The notes: generated by a model from the letters alone, not told the origin. 64,000 bases of DNA from Nitrosarchaeum sp. (GCA_965223865.1 OZ245020.1:608001-672000), one strand, 5' to 3'; numbered from the stretch's first letter, positions 31,089-42,006 are shown. A program made the numbers and translations.

Positions 31089-31334
31089 CTATGATAATCG
31101 GTGACATCCTCCATTATCACCTACATCTGTTGAACACCACAGTAAGGGGGTTCCTTTGTCTGTTTGTTGGCAAAACATTTCATTAGACGCATCAATCTTA
31201 TCTATGTGGCCTTCAGGAAACTGAATCCAACATTCATCTGGAGGTTCAATTCCAAAAGTAGCGTACATACCATACGAAATTATAAGAGAACCAATAACCA
31301 TTCCAATTGGAATTGTTACGTCTTTAGAATCCAT
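31089..31334 (-). CDS. Small single-TM protein with four extracellular Cys
   Basis: Intact 81-aa ORF with an N-terminal hydrophobic helix. Confidence 0.55.
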   Translation of the reverse strand: MDSKDVTIPIGMVIGSLIISYGMYATFGIEPPDECWIQFPEGHIDKIDASNEMFCQQTDKGTPLLWCSTDVGDNGGCHRLS

Positions 31335-31703
31335 AGTTATTGTTTAACTTCACATTCTAATAACTTTTTAGAAATCCTCTGAATTTACAACAATTCTAAT
31401 ATCTAGTTTAGTGCAGACCCTAACAGACTATCAGATACAAACAGTAATGACGTACGATGGCAGCATCAATTGCATCTGAAACCGTCAAGGCAGTTACGTA
31501 GTCTTGACGAATTTCTGGATCCCAAATTATTGTTATTATTTGATATTCATTCCTCCTATCGTTATCAGAATTCCTTGGTCATTGTTTTGCGTGATGGAAG
31601 TTACTGGCAATAAAAAATGACATTCATCCGATAAATTGGTAGTTTCTCAAAGGTAACCCATTGTAGTGTTAGAAGGACTGAAACACCACAAACTATAAAC
31701 AAA

Positions 31704-31909
31704 TCACATTCTGGACTTTACTGTTTTCTTTCTGTACTGGTTGCCCTTTGGCTTGCTTCTCAGCATAAATCCACAACAGGGACATAACAGCTCTTCCCAT
31801 TTTATGTATATTGAACATGTGATACACTCTTGGCACCTTTCTTGTACTAGGAATCATTTTGATTCCTTTTATTGATTTTGTACCTGTGACATATTCCTTG
31901 GCATACTAT
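31704..31909 (-). pseudogene. Decayed copy of the CxGxC...CxxC...CPCCG zinc-finger family
   Basis: VCQGICHRYK...*YKKGAK/CITCSIYIKWEELLCPCCGFMLRSKPK with a stop and a frameshift. Confidence 0.75.
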
Positions 31910-32319
31910 GATGATAATGTTTTCACAAAGGTTTGTAGTCAATTAATTTTTGGATTAGATTCCATCCACATGGTCAGTCCAGTACTATGAGGAATTGGAA
32001 AACTTTCTCTTCCTTGGATGTGACATCCTGAGAATAAAAAGGAAAAGGGTTGGTTAAATGTATCATTTCATCTCATTTCTCTGATTGCGCAGATCCTGTA
32101 ATTGCTCTCTGAGGGAATCAACCTGTGCATCATCGCTATTTGTGATTGCAGTTTGCAGCTGTTTTAGAAGATCAATAAACTGTGTCCTTAGCTAATCCAT
32201 CTTTGGGATTCCAGCACCTTGATTATCTTTTCTTCAATCTTTGTTATCTTCTTTTCAATATGCTCTGGATCAGATGTTGCATATTTGTATTCTCTTTGGT
32301 TAGGATATGCCTTGTATTT

Positions 32320-32494
32320 TTTCATCTTCTTTTTTATTACTTTGTAGGAAATTCAGAAGCATTTTGTAAAAAAGATAAAGAATGTTCCCCATCCATAGAT
32401 GTTAAAATATTTGAAGATCTACATAAGATATTGGGATTTGCTGGTCAAAATTCTCTTGTTTAATCCAGTTAACCTTACTGCTTTTCTTGTGATA
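32320..32494 (-). repeat. 175-bp inverted repeat, copy 2
   Basis: See 28979-29153. Confidence 0.92.
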
Positions 32495-32594
32495 GTGACC
32501 AAAATTTGTTCAAATGAAATCAAAATGGTATTAAGAATTTAAAAACAAGGCATCAGTAGGATTGTTTATTAATGTTGATTTTCTTTCAAAACCA

Positions 32595-33242
32595 ATGCGA
32601 ACATCAAAAGTATTTTCTGTAATTTCATTAATTTTGTTTCTTGTATCTTCAGTTGTTATTAACTCCTACAGCCAGACCGCATATGCATGCAGCTGCATGC
32701 AACCATTATCTCCTAATGAGGAGATGTCAAACTATGATGTAGTCTTTTCAGGAAAAGTAATTGATGTTAAAGATGTAAATCTTGATTCTCCATCACGGTC
32801 TAGTGCTGATCCTATATTGATTACAATTGAAGTTTATAATGTTTGGAAGGGAGATAAGAATGAAGAAATAACTGTCAAAACTGCATTAACATCTGCATCA
32901 TGTGGATTTCCATTTGTAGAAAATGAAGAATACATCGTCTATGCGACAACAGCTGATGATAATGGAAAAATACTGGAAGTAAATTCATGCAGCAGAACAG
33001 GTCTTCTTGCTGATGCCGTTGAAGAATTAGATAAGTTGGGTACAGGACATTCCATAAACCCAGAAATTAAATCAAAGATGTTATCTCCACTAAAGCAACT
33101 CAAGAGTGGCATATCAGCTGAGGATATTAAATGCAATGATGGATTGTATCGTGCATTAAAACATGACAACACTCCAGTATGTGTTTCCAAACATGCTGCA
33201 ATAAAACTAGCTGAACGTGGCTGGCTAAGTTCTAACCCATAG
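32595..33242 (+). CDS. Secreted TIMP/NTR-like domain protein with thaumarchaeal SPLKQ C-terminal module
   Basis: Signal peptide ending AYA-CSC; VFSGKV, WKG, SCGFPF, EYIVY and CSRT pattern; C-terminal SPLKQLKSGI...C...CV...L.ERGW. Confidence 0.7.
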   Translation: MRTSKVFSVISLILFLVSSVVINSYSQTAYACSCMQPLSPNEEMSNYDVVFSGKVIDVKDVNLDSPSRSSADPILITIEVYNVWKGDKNEEITVKTALTSASCGFPFVENEEYIVYATTADDNGKILEVNSCSRTGLLADAVEELDKLGTGHSINPEIKSKMLSPLKQLKSGISAEDIKCNDGLYRALKHDNTPVCVSKHAAIKLAERGWLSSNP

Positions 33243-33613
33243 AAATTTGTTTTGATCAAGTAATTGATGGAAAGAATGTTACAAATTGTAGTTAAAACAT
33301 AGTTATGGAATTTAGATGTTGTTTGAATATTTTAGCACATATTAGAATAAAAACAACAACTCAAAATTTCTGAAAAAATAATAAGACAATTACAATCCTC
33401 GGATCTTAAACATTATATTTACATTTTCAAACAAATTACGGTAAAAAACTAGCAGAAATGAAGAAACCATGCTTCCCTAATAGTTGATGGTGAGGAAGGG
33501 ATGATGTCTACATTGAAGGAGACAAGATGGATATCTTCTTTTATACAGGTACAGAAAAGATTGAAATCTTTGGAAATATAATGGAATAACAATCCATAAC
33601 ACATTTTTTAATT

Positions 33614-33829
33614 TCATGATGGATACAAGCAAAATTTTTCCTTTATTGTTGGCTCCGTGTTTGACTTTTCTTTGAACACAAGTTCTTTGTAGAAGAGTTT
33701 AGATATTAACAATGGCAATTCTTCCCAAACATATTTTGTAGAATCATCATAATCAACATCATAGTCTAAATAAATATCGTCTTGCGATACTACAAATTTA
33801 TGGAAACATCTAGAACATTTAACGTTCAT
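33614..33829 (-). CDS. Small CxxC-acidic protein (MNVKCSRCFHKF...)
   Basis: Homologous to fragments at 35079, 41926 and 42200; its promoter region is interrupted by the IS. Confidence 0.5.
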   Translation of the reverse strand: MNVKCSRCFHKFVVSQDDIYLDYDVDYDDSTKYVWEELPLLISKLFYKELVFKEKSNTEPTIKEKFCLYPS

Positions 33830-33838
33830 AGTATAATA

Positions 33839-34807
33839 GGCCGTGTAGAAACCATCCAAAAATAACCATATAATTCCTAGTTAGTCTATAACAATTGTAT
33901 GCCATCATACGAAACATTACTTCTCTGTTCTGCGTTACGATCTGTCTTGACATCACGTACTTACCAAATATCCTCTTGATTACAGAAAATATTGTCTCTG
34001 CCTTGCTTCTCTGATGATATGTCTTCAAATCAAAATGACATTTCATCATCTTACGATGGAATCCTCTTGTCTTATAGATGGGTAATGCTTCGTATTTTGG
34101 ACGGATGATTGTGTTTTGTATTCCTAAATTTTCTGTTGCGATATGGTTCTGCTCAGACTCATATCCCTTATCTGCAACAACAGTATTGATAGGAATCATC
34201 TGACTCGCTCTATCCAATAATGGAACAAAATCAACACTGTCATGTCTTCTGCGGTGCCGTATCTTGATGCTGCATATTATCTGTTGTTTCATGTCTGCTG
34301 CAATGGATATTTTACAAATTTCCTCAGTTTGGCACGTTTTGTGTAGTAATATGATGCCGTTCGTGAGACCGTCCAGTCGAGTCGATTCCTGCAAATATCT
34401 TGCGTATTCTGCAGCGAGTCGCAAATGATTTCAGTATCTTTTGCAGTATTCCATGTGATAGTTTGGCAGCTGTCTTCTGATGGTGGTGTAGTGTGGTATT
34501 TTTGATAACCCTGGATACTGTTGTATCCCAATACCTTCTTGTATCATATCAGCAAACCTACGGTAACTCTTGTTCCCGTATTGCCTGAGAATTAACAGGA
34601 CAAGGTGCTGCCATACCGTATACACGTGGTTGGAACATTTGTGAATGTATGGTGGTATCCTGGCCCTTTTGATTATATTTATCCAGATACACCAGAATTA
34701 TACGTACCTGGATGATTTCATGTAATGATGGCAATGAAACAGCTTTAGATCTGGTCATATAATGTGATCTACAAATCAGTCAAAAATCAGATGGTTTCTA
34801 CAGGGTC
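33839..34807 (-). mobile_element. IS5-family insertion sequence with frameshifted transposase
   Basis: 18-bp TIRs GGCCGTGTAGAAACCATC / GATGGTTTCTACAGGGTC (16/18 match), flanked by TA on both sides. ADKGY and YHQRSKAETIFSVIKR DDE motifs; the coding sequence is split over three frames. Confidence 0.88.
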
Positions 34808-35078
34808 TATAAATTACTATTTTTTCAATAAATTTCTGAGAATAAATCTTTGAATCTTTAGAGACAGATGAATCTCAGTTTTATTATTTTCAATCATTTA
34901 TTCATATGAAACTAAAATGTTCTTACTGTTCTAAAACAACTGACATTACCCTAGACAAATTGATTTTTGAAAACGAGGATGAGGAGATATTTGTAACATA
35001 TTTGGCAGCAGAACTATCAAAGTCTAATTTGTCTAAATGATATTTTCTGATCCTTTTATTGTATTTGTGATATCCTTC

Positions 35079-35237
35079 TATGAAGATAAAATGTCCAAAC
35101 TGTTCCCCCAAGTTCACACCATCAGAAGATAAATTATACCTAGATTATGAGATAGACTATGATATAGATGAGAGGTTTGTGTGGGAAAGGCTACCTATAC
35201 TGAGATCGTCTTTTGTTGTTTCTGAAAATATAAAATA
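35079..35237 (+). pseudogene. Frameshifted CxxC-acidic microprotein copy
   Basis: MKIKCPNCS/PKFTPSEDKLYLDYEIDYDIDERFVWERLPILRSSF. Confidence 0.6.
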
Positions 35238-35409
35238 ATAGGAATAACAATGAACATAAAACTTGATTGTAATATCATATATCTACATTCTAGAAGATTA
35301 CATGTTTTTGGATTCTCATAATCCAAAAATGTTTGAGGAAGTTACAATCGGCAAAATTTTCTTGTAAATGTTATTAGGAATGTAAAAACAGGTCTGAGAT
35401 GAAATAAAC

Positions 35410-35790
35410 ACCAGTTTGTCCTGCATGTTGTTTTATGCTATATTATCCGTATTTTAGAAAATGGTAAATTGTTATGCCAAAAATTGAATCAGAAAAGCTT
35501 CCTTTGCTCCAGCCGCAAACAATGTTGTCTATTGACCCCGTCTTGTCTCTTAGTCTGTCTATGTTATGTTCTTTGATTTCAGGAATCTGTACTATGTCAT
35601 TTTTTGTCAAATACGAAAACGCGTTCTTAAAATCATTATTTGTTATTAGTCTTTCAGTGTACCAAATTGCAATATTTTTTGTCCACTCTGGTATGACAAA
35701 TTCATTATGAGTTAACAGATGAGGATTTGCAAGCTGATAGTCCTGTATTATCTCCTGAATCTGGCTTGAATTGTACGAACAGCTTGACAG
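35410..35790 (-). pseudogene. Fragment containing a thaumarchaeal IPxW repeat module
   Basis: VIPEWTKNIAIWYTERLITNNDFKNAFSYLTKNDIVQIP on the minus strand; no clean start codon. Confidence 0.45.
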
Positions 35791-35796
35791 CCTGTC

Positions 35797-36393
35797 TTAC
35801 TTTTGTTTTATCTTGACTGAGTCAAATATTCTTTGAGCGGCATCATCGTGCTTTGAGAATTTACTTGATTCTGTCATGAATCCTATGCTGTATATCTTGT
35901 TGTTTTGTTCAGAGAGAACCAAAAGTCCGGTCAATGAGGGTTCAAAGTCTTTCCCGGTTGTCAATTTTATCTTGTACGCTTGTCTACCGTCCATACTTGT
36001 CTGTGTCTTGCTTATCGCCTGAAAATCATTGCTTGGAAAGTAGCTGTTTTGTGATTCCACATAATCAAAAAGATCGCTGTATGGATCCATGCTGTATGTG
36101 TCTGCCAACACCACGACCTCATCTAGATCTGACAAATGCTCATGTGTAGTAAAATAGGCCAACAGTGAGGCTGAATCCTTTACCTGCCATCTATCCGGAT
36201 AGTCAAAAACCATTTCTGAATCTGGCTCATCAAATGTAACATAGGTCGGCTTGTGTGACTCAGCAAATGCCAAATGTCTGTCTTCAGCTGAATCTGCACC
36301 TATGGCACAAAATATGCAAAACATCGTTACTGAGAGAACTAAAAAACCACTCCTTGTATTACCAAACAACAATTTCTCCTTGCTCAAAAACAA
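35797..36393 (-). CDS. PsbP/DcrB-like secreted protein
   Basis: FDYPDRW, MDGRQAY, KIYSIGF and QRIFDSVKI pattern; N-terminal hydrophobic helix. Confidence 0.65.
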   Translation of the reverse strand: MFLSKEKLLFGNTRSGFLVLSVTMFCIFCAIGADSAEDRHLAFAESHKPTYVTFDEPDSEMVFDYPDRWQVKDSASLLAYFTTHEHLSDLDEVVVLADTYSMDPYSDLFDYVESQNSYFPSNDFQAISKTQTSMDGRQAYKIKLTTGKDFEPSLTGLLVLSEQNNKIYSIGFMTESSKFSKHDDAAQRIFDSVKIKQK

Positions 36394-36937
36394 TTTAAGT
36401 TATTCTTGACAGTACTCTAATGGTTTGGCTTGGATATTGCTATCCATGCTCACATAAAACAGCAAATTATTTTTACGTGTTTTTGAAACATACAACTATG
36501 AAAGTATTGTTTGCAATGATCTTACTATTGCTTGTTATCGGTATGAGTTCCGGTATTGCATTTGCTGATGTTTCTGTTCCAAAAAAGATCTATCAAAACC
36601 AAGAATTGTTGGTTACTGTAACTGATGCCAAAAGCAAGTATGTAACTGCAGTGTTCTATGATCTGCCCATGAAAACCCTGAAACCAAATACGTCGCATCA
36701 CATAAAGGATTTGCTGCCATCTCCCACTCCACAAAAACTCTGACCTTGCCCTCTCCGTATAACCTTGGCCCACCATACTATGATTCGGCCATAAAGACGG
36801 TTGTGTACGTTGACGGGGAGAAACTCGAATTTCTCACCAAAATAATACGTTCCATCAGATGAACATTTCAAATGTTTCTTAATTGTTAAATATTTCCATA
36901 TGTAATAAATTTTTTACATGACTAAATACGTTGTATT

Positions 36938-38392
36938 TTGAATTCGGTAGTAAAAATGAATAAAAAATTATTCAGAAATAAAGATTTGATTTCAGAACAC
37001 TCTGTAGTAGAATGTTTCCAAATTTTTCAAAATAGTTTGCATTCAGATGAGTTTAAACGAAAAATTCAAGAAATATTCGATGAGCATAGTTCTAAATATT
37101 CTTCAGTCTGGCCTGCTCCTTTTACCAGACAAAAACAAATTCTAAATGATAAAAAATTTCAACTAGAACCTACCATTGATTCCTTACGAACTATTGAACC
37201 CCATAGATTAGTTGTTGATCTGACAGCCATTGGAGATAAGAGAATTCCATTAATTAGTGTCGTATACAAATTTTCTAAAATAAACGACTATGAAACAAAA
37301 ATTGAAACATATATCGAAGATACAATTACAGGTCCAATTAATCGAGATCATGTGAAAGTAGGTTTACCAATTGCAATAAGTGTTGCTTCTCTCATGTTAC
37401 AGCTCGTTAATGTTTTTGTTATTGATGACCAAACCATTCATGAGAATCTGGAAAATGGCGATCAATCAGATTCAACCAATAATGCACCTTTCTCAAAAAA
37501 ATTAATACCAATAACAATAGTCCTAGTAGGAGCAGTAATATTTACAATATTTTTAATTCCTCCCGAATCTGCTCCTAATTGGCCTGTATGTGTTATACCG
37601 TACATGAACGCTCTTTCAGAAGACGAACAAAGACAACTTGGTATCAATGATTTAAGAATATGGCATTCTGATTTAGAACGTGAAGAATTAAAAAAGAAAA
37701 TGCGTATGCTGTCTGACGAAGCTCATGCTAACAGAAATTATGAAAAGAGCCTTGCAATTTCAAGCACTGTCCTAAAAATTATTGATCCACATGATTTTAC
37801 AAGTCTTTCTCAGATAGGCAATGCAATACGAGATACTAACAAGACCGATACATCTGCGTTATTATGCTCCAAAACCATTCATGAAATGCCAGAAATTCAA
37901 AAACAGGTTTTTGGTCAAATGGCTTTAGCAGAAGACTATCTGCTTCTGAGGGAATTTCAAAAATCAATTGATGTCATAAATCCTGTAATAGAACAGTGCA
38001 ATGACGATAGTTCACTTGGAGTAAACTCATGCTCAAATTCATTGATAATTCGTGGTAATGCACAACTCAGATTAAGCAGTTACACTGAATCTGAAGATGA
38101 TTATGTGCAATCCATTAAATTAGATGGTGAAAAAAGTGATTCTCTTTTTGGATTGGCCAATATCTTCTTTCATAGAGACAGTAATTTTCCAAAATCTGCA
38201 GAATACTCCAAAAAAGCAATAGCTAGTGATGACGAAAACACTGACATATATCAATTGTATTTTAGATCACTATATCACTTAGATGAACGTGACGAATTAA
38301 AAATGGAATATAATAAATTAAAGAATAAATATCCTAAAATTGCTGACGAAGTGAAAAATAGACTTCCTAAACAAATTTCTGAAATTTTATAG
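36938..38392 (+). CDS. Membrane protein with two TM helices and a C-terminal TPR-like helical region
   Basis: Two hydrophobic segments followed by TPR-like motifs (RGNAQLRL...Y..SI, FGLANI...KKAI). Confidence 0.65.
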   Translation: MNSVVKMNKKLFRNKDLISEHSVVECFQIFQNSLHSDEFKRKIQEIFDEHSSKYSSVWPAPFTRQKQILNDKKFQLEPTIDSLRTIEPHRLVVDLTAIGDKRIPLISVVYKFSKINDYETKIETYIEDTITGPINRDHVKVGLPIAISVASLMLQLVNVFVIDDQTIHENLENGDQSDSTNNAPFSKKLIPITIVLVGAVIFTIFLIPPESAPNWPVCVIPYMNALSEDEQRQLGINDLRIWHSDLEREELKKKMRMLSDEAHANRNYEKSLAISSTVLKIIDPHDFTSLSQIGNAIRDTNKTDTSALLCSKTIHEMPEIQKQVFGQMALAEDYLLLREFQKSIDVINPVIEQCNDDSSLGVNSCSNSLIIRGNAQLRLSSYTESEDDYVQSIKLDGEKSDSLFGLANIFFHRDSNFPKSAEYSKKAIASDDENTDIYQLYFRSLYHLDERDELKMEYNKLKNKYPKIADEVKNRLPKQISEIL

Positions 38393-38561
38393 ATGACCCA
38401 TTTTACTCTGTTTCTATAATGCCATGTTGGTTTTTGAGCACATGAATATCTAATTTACAATATATGTGACAAAATAATTTATAATATGTAAAAGAAAACA
38501 TAGCAAGAATTAAGAATAGATATTTGCTTTTTTCTTTTTTAACAAATACCTATTTGATTTT

Positions 38562-38861
38562 ATGTGGTTACAATTCTTTTTGGTTCTCTTGATATTAAAT
38601 AATATTATCCTATCATATGTAACTAATAATCCAATCTATGCTGATGATGTAATTTTGCATGAAACTCTTCAGAGATCAGGCAGCGATGAGGTATCAACTG
38701 ACAACCTATACAAGGAGCGATGCTGGGTAAATGTTCAGATCACAATAACATCTGCACATCATGGAATTTATCACAGAAACAATCCTGACAAGACATTCTA
38801 TCCTGCAGATGCATTTGACTATGAGATAAACACATGGACTGAAGGATGCAGACAACTGTGA
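38562..38861 (+). CDS. Hypothetical secreted protein, probably truncated
   Basis: Hydrophobic N-terminus; short ORF. Confidence 0.35.
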   Translation: MWLQFFLVLLILNNIILSYVTNNPIYADDVILHETLQRSGSDEVSTDNLYKERCWVNVQITITSAHHGIYHRNNPDKTFYPADAFDYEINTWTEGCRQL

Positions 38862-39267
38862 CTATGATGAGATGAATGCAAGACTGACAGAAATAATCGT
38901 GTGCGTAAATCATATCCTGCTGGCAGAGACTTCAGATTAAATTACTATATAGATTTGGGTGAAATTTGTACTCATCCTAGGTATGCTGTATATTGTAGTG
39001 ACCTTTTTAGGTATGAATTCTGATCTATAGTTTTTGATGAACGATATATCTACAAAAGACGAGATCATAAACGATTTTGTAGGCATTATTAACCAGATTG
39101 ACCATAAACCATCTGATGAGATAGAATCCAGCCTGCAAAAGATAGTCCATAAGGTCAGACCTCTTATTCATAAGGTATAGGCCGATGGACTTCTCATCTA
39201 TCTGTGTTTTCGGTCTTAAAATATTCAAACCACAAAGAACACAAACTGCAAATCTCATTATGATGTT

Positions 39268-39480
39268 ATGGGATTCTTAAAGAAACTCGAAGACACTGCC
39301 TAGAAGTGTCAAAAAGGGAGCAGAGCTAGAAAAAAAGGAGTATACAAGGGTGTTGACCTGGGAAAGAAGGTAGTAAAGAAAGGTGCTGAATATGGTTCTA
39401 AAGCTTATGATAGCACAAAAGATGCTGCAAAAAAAGGAATCGACAAGGCAAAAAAAGACGACCAGAATCAATGCCTTTCA
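39268..39480 (+). pseudogene. LEA-like 11-mer amphipathic repeat protein remnant
   Basis: MGFLKKLEDTA*...GVDLGKKVVKKGAEYGSKAYDSTKDAAKKGIDKAKK. Confidence 0.45.
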
Positions 39481-39703
39481 TATTATTTTTTAAAACTATA
39501 TCTTGATTTGAATAAGACAAACAAATACAAAAACCATACCGCAACAATAAAACAATATCTAAATGATTGCTAATGAAACATAATCTATAATTCCTTTACA
39601 AGAAGGGATGGGAAGAAGATTCAATAGTTTGCTCACACGTCCTAGTTTTCTCCACATCCTGTCCCTTCTTCATCTTCTTTTAAAATATTCACCATGATAT
39701 CTT

Positions 39704-39904
39704 ATTGAACAAACCAAACTGTAACGCAGAACATACCTTGGAAAAGATAGAAAAACTAAATACACACAACACAGAATCAACATTCCAGATCATATCATTA
39801 GAAAACTAGACTGGACTGATGAGAATCAAGTCATCTTGAGTATAAACACAAAGAAGAAGTTCATAATTTTAGAGAAGGAGCTTAAGACCAGAAACCAGCG
39901 CTAG
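39704..39904 (+). pseudogene. AbrB/MazE-like DNA-binding protein remnant
   Basis: KL*RRTYLGKDRKTKYTQHRINIPDHIIRKLDW...VILSI...IILEK. Confidence 0.5.
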
Positions 39905-40223
39905 TATTTTGATGACAGCTCCTAAAGTCGTGCTGTTTGTAATTTGAGTGTGTCAGAATAGTATTTAGATCATACTGATAATTTGTATGAATGAATCATT
40001 CTATTTCCTTTTATATGAAATTCACACTATAATTTGGAGTTCATGCGGGTAGGGGTGATCATCGAATTCATGTATTATGTAAAGAATGTAATGAGGTATG
40101 CTACAAGCTAAAGTATCAGAAACTAGGCACACATGCAATTGACCTGTTCTACTGCGTCCATTGCAGCGGGATAATCACAAGACAAGGTCACAGGATTCTG
40201 CAGATGAGAGGTATTGTTCAACA

Positions 40224-40475
40224 ATGAGTGAAATCTTTTCCAAAATTCCAAGAAGTCATAACCACAAAAAATCATTTCGAGGTTTGCGTGCAGGAGGACA
40301 TTGCCGTGGAATCTGTTCAAGACATGCCTACAGGACCAGTTGGGGTAAGAAAAAGTATGAGCTGGGATTAAGATTTTGCAGTTACTGCAGAAATTGGTTT
40401 TTGTGTGATAGGTTGCATTGCATTTGCTGCGGCAAGCGACTTCGTTGCCATAGAAGGGACAAGAAGACAAAATGA
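40224..40475 (+). CDS. Cys-rich zinc-finger microprotein
   Basis: CRGIC...CSYC...CICCG..LR; ATGA overlap with the methylase. Confidence 0.65.
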   Translation: MSEIFSKIPRSHNHKKSFRGLRAGGHCRGICSRHAYRTSWGKKKYELGLRFCSYCRNWFLCDRLHCICCGKRLRCHRRDKKTK

Positions 40476-40978
40476 AGTCAAGATCTGTCCAGCATCTTCA
40501 TTCCATAAATGTACAGAATGAATATGGTACACCAAAGGAATTGTTCCAAAAAATATGTCAAAAATACAATATTTTTCCACAGATTGACATTTGTGCAAGT
40601 CATGCCAATCATGTCGTACCAAATTACATAACAAAGGAACAGAACTGTTTCAATTATTCTATCAAACAGGATTTTTTCATGAACCCACCATACTCAAAAA
40701 TCTCAGAGTTTATGGAGTTTGCATATTCTCAACATCTCAAGAATAATATTTCCTGTATCATCTTGACATATTCAAAAACTGGTACGAAATGGTGGCATAA
40801 GTATGTGCAGGGAGTAGCAGATCATGTTGAGTTTCAAAAAGGCAGGATTTGTTTTTTGGATGAGAATGGTTATTCCACCAGACATTGTGCGCCATATGAT
40901 TCTGTATGGATCATATTTGAAAAAAAAGAAATGATCAAATCAAACCACAATCATGCAAAACATGACTGCAAGACATAA
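40472..40978 (+). CDS. Phage-type DNA N6-adenine methyltransferase (Dam-like)
   Basis: EYGTP..LF, DICAS, MNPPYS, T..WW and KGRI.F motifs. Confidence 0.85.
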   Translation: MKSRSVQHLHSINVQNEYGTPKELFQKICQKYNIFPQIDICASHANHVVPNYITKEQNCFNYSIKQDFFMNPPYSKISEFMEFAYSQHLKNNISCIILTYSKTGTKWWHKYVQGVADHVEFQKGRICFLDENGYSTRHCAPYDSVWIIFEKKEMIKSNHNHAKHDCKT

Positions 40979-40983
40979 AAGAA

Positions 40984-41220
40984 ATGCAAAATTCATATGT
41001 AAACAGATTGGCCAGATGCAAGGGTATCTGTACAAGATACAGGGCAACACGAACATATGGAGGATCAAGATACGTAAATGGCCAGAAAAGATGCCAAACA
41101 TGTACAATCTTCATAAAATGGGAAGGCTTGTGGTGTCCTTGCTGCGGATATCGGCTTAGGGCCACCCCAAGAAACAGAAAATACAAGGAAATATTTCGCA
41201 ATTCAACAAAAACTAATTAA
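40984..41220 (+). CDS. Cys-rich zinc-finger microprotein
   Basis: CKGICTRY...RY.NGQKRCQTC.IFIKWEGLWCPCCGYRLR. Confidence 0.75.
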   Translation: MQNSYVNRLARCKGICTRYRATRTYGGSRYVNGQKRCQTCTIFIKWEGLWCPCCGYRLRATPRNRKYKEIFRNSTKTN

Positions 41221-41327
41221 GAAATTTGATAGAAATGTACAACTCAATTATTTTGGTATGCAGCCACCCGGAATGGACCGTTAAATAACCCTGGAAATCG
41301 AAAGAAAAATGATCAGAGAAAAATAAA

Positions 41328-41570
41328 ATGACATGTAAAGGAACCTGTATCAGATACAAGGCTCAAAGAATCGGACCCGGCTCTTACCGGTACGCAAATG
41401 GTCAGAAGAGATGCCAGGTATGTGAGATCTTCATCACATGGGAAGGACTGTGCTGTCCTTGTTGCGGTTACAGGCTAAGAACAAGACCAAGAACCCCCAA
41501 ATTCAAGACCATATTACGTGAATATGTACAGGCAAATAAGAAGAAGGGAATGGATGGAAAGAATGAGTAG
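41328..41570 (+). CDS. Cys-rich zinc-finger microprotein (paralog)
   Basis: MTCKGTCIRYKA...RYANGQKRCQVCEIFITWEGLCCPCCGYRLRTRPR. Confidence 0.8.
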   Translation: MTCKGTCIRYKAQRIGPGSYRYANGQKRCQVCEIFITWEGLCCPCCGYRLRTRPRTPKFKTILREYVQANKKKGMDGKNE

Positions 41571-41749
41571 CGACAACGACAATTATTGTGACATGTGCAA
41601 GGGAAGCGGCAAATGCCAAAAACAAGTGACAACTTTTTCCCTTTTTTACTAGAAATCAGAATTGCAGGAATTGTTCTAGATTTAAGCAAATGAATGCGTC
41701 TATGCTCTTGAATTTTTTTGCTTTTATCAGATTAAATAACATCATTTTA

Positions 41750-41860
41750 TTGAGAATAAAATGTGAGAGATGCTCACACAACCAAGACATCACATATGAC
41801 AGTATCATCTTTGATGATGAGGACGAGGAACTCTTTGTCAGTTACCTGCAGCTGAGCTGA
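41750..41860 (+). CDS. 36-aa CxxC-acidic microprotein (TTG start)
   Basis: MRIKCERCSHNQDITYDSIIFDDEDEELFVSYLQLS; its upstream region resembles that of 41926. Confidence 0.45.
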   Translation: MRIKCERCSHNQDITYDSIIFDDEDEELFVSYLQLS

Positions 41861-41925
41861 CAAAACCTGAAAATAATAAACAACAATAAAATTTCTGCCT
41901 TTTAAAGTAACCATCATTTTATTTC

Positions 41926-42006
41926 ATGAAAGTTAAATGTCCAAACTGTTCCCACAAATTCACACCATCAGAAGATGAACTGTATCTTGATTATGATATA
42001 GATTAG
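41926..42006 (+). pseudogene. Truncated CxxC-acidic microprotein copy
   Basis: MKVKCPNCSHKFTPSEDELYLDYDID*. Confidence 0.55.

Noticed and set aside
32182-32463. 93-aa hydrophobic plus-strand ORF
   Set aside because: It is the antisense of a Lys-rich fragment and runs into the inverted repeat; likely spurious.
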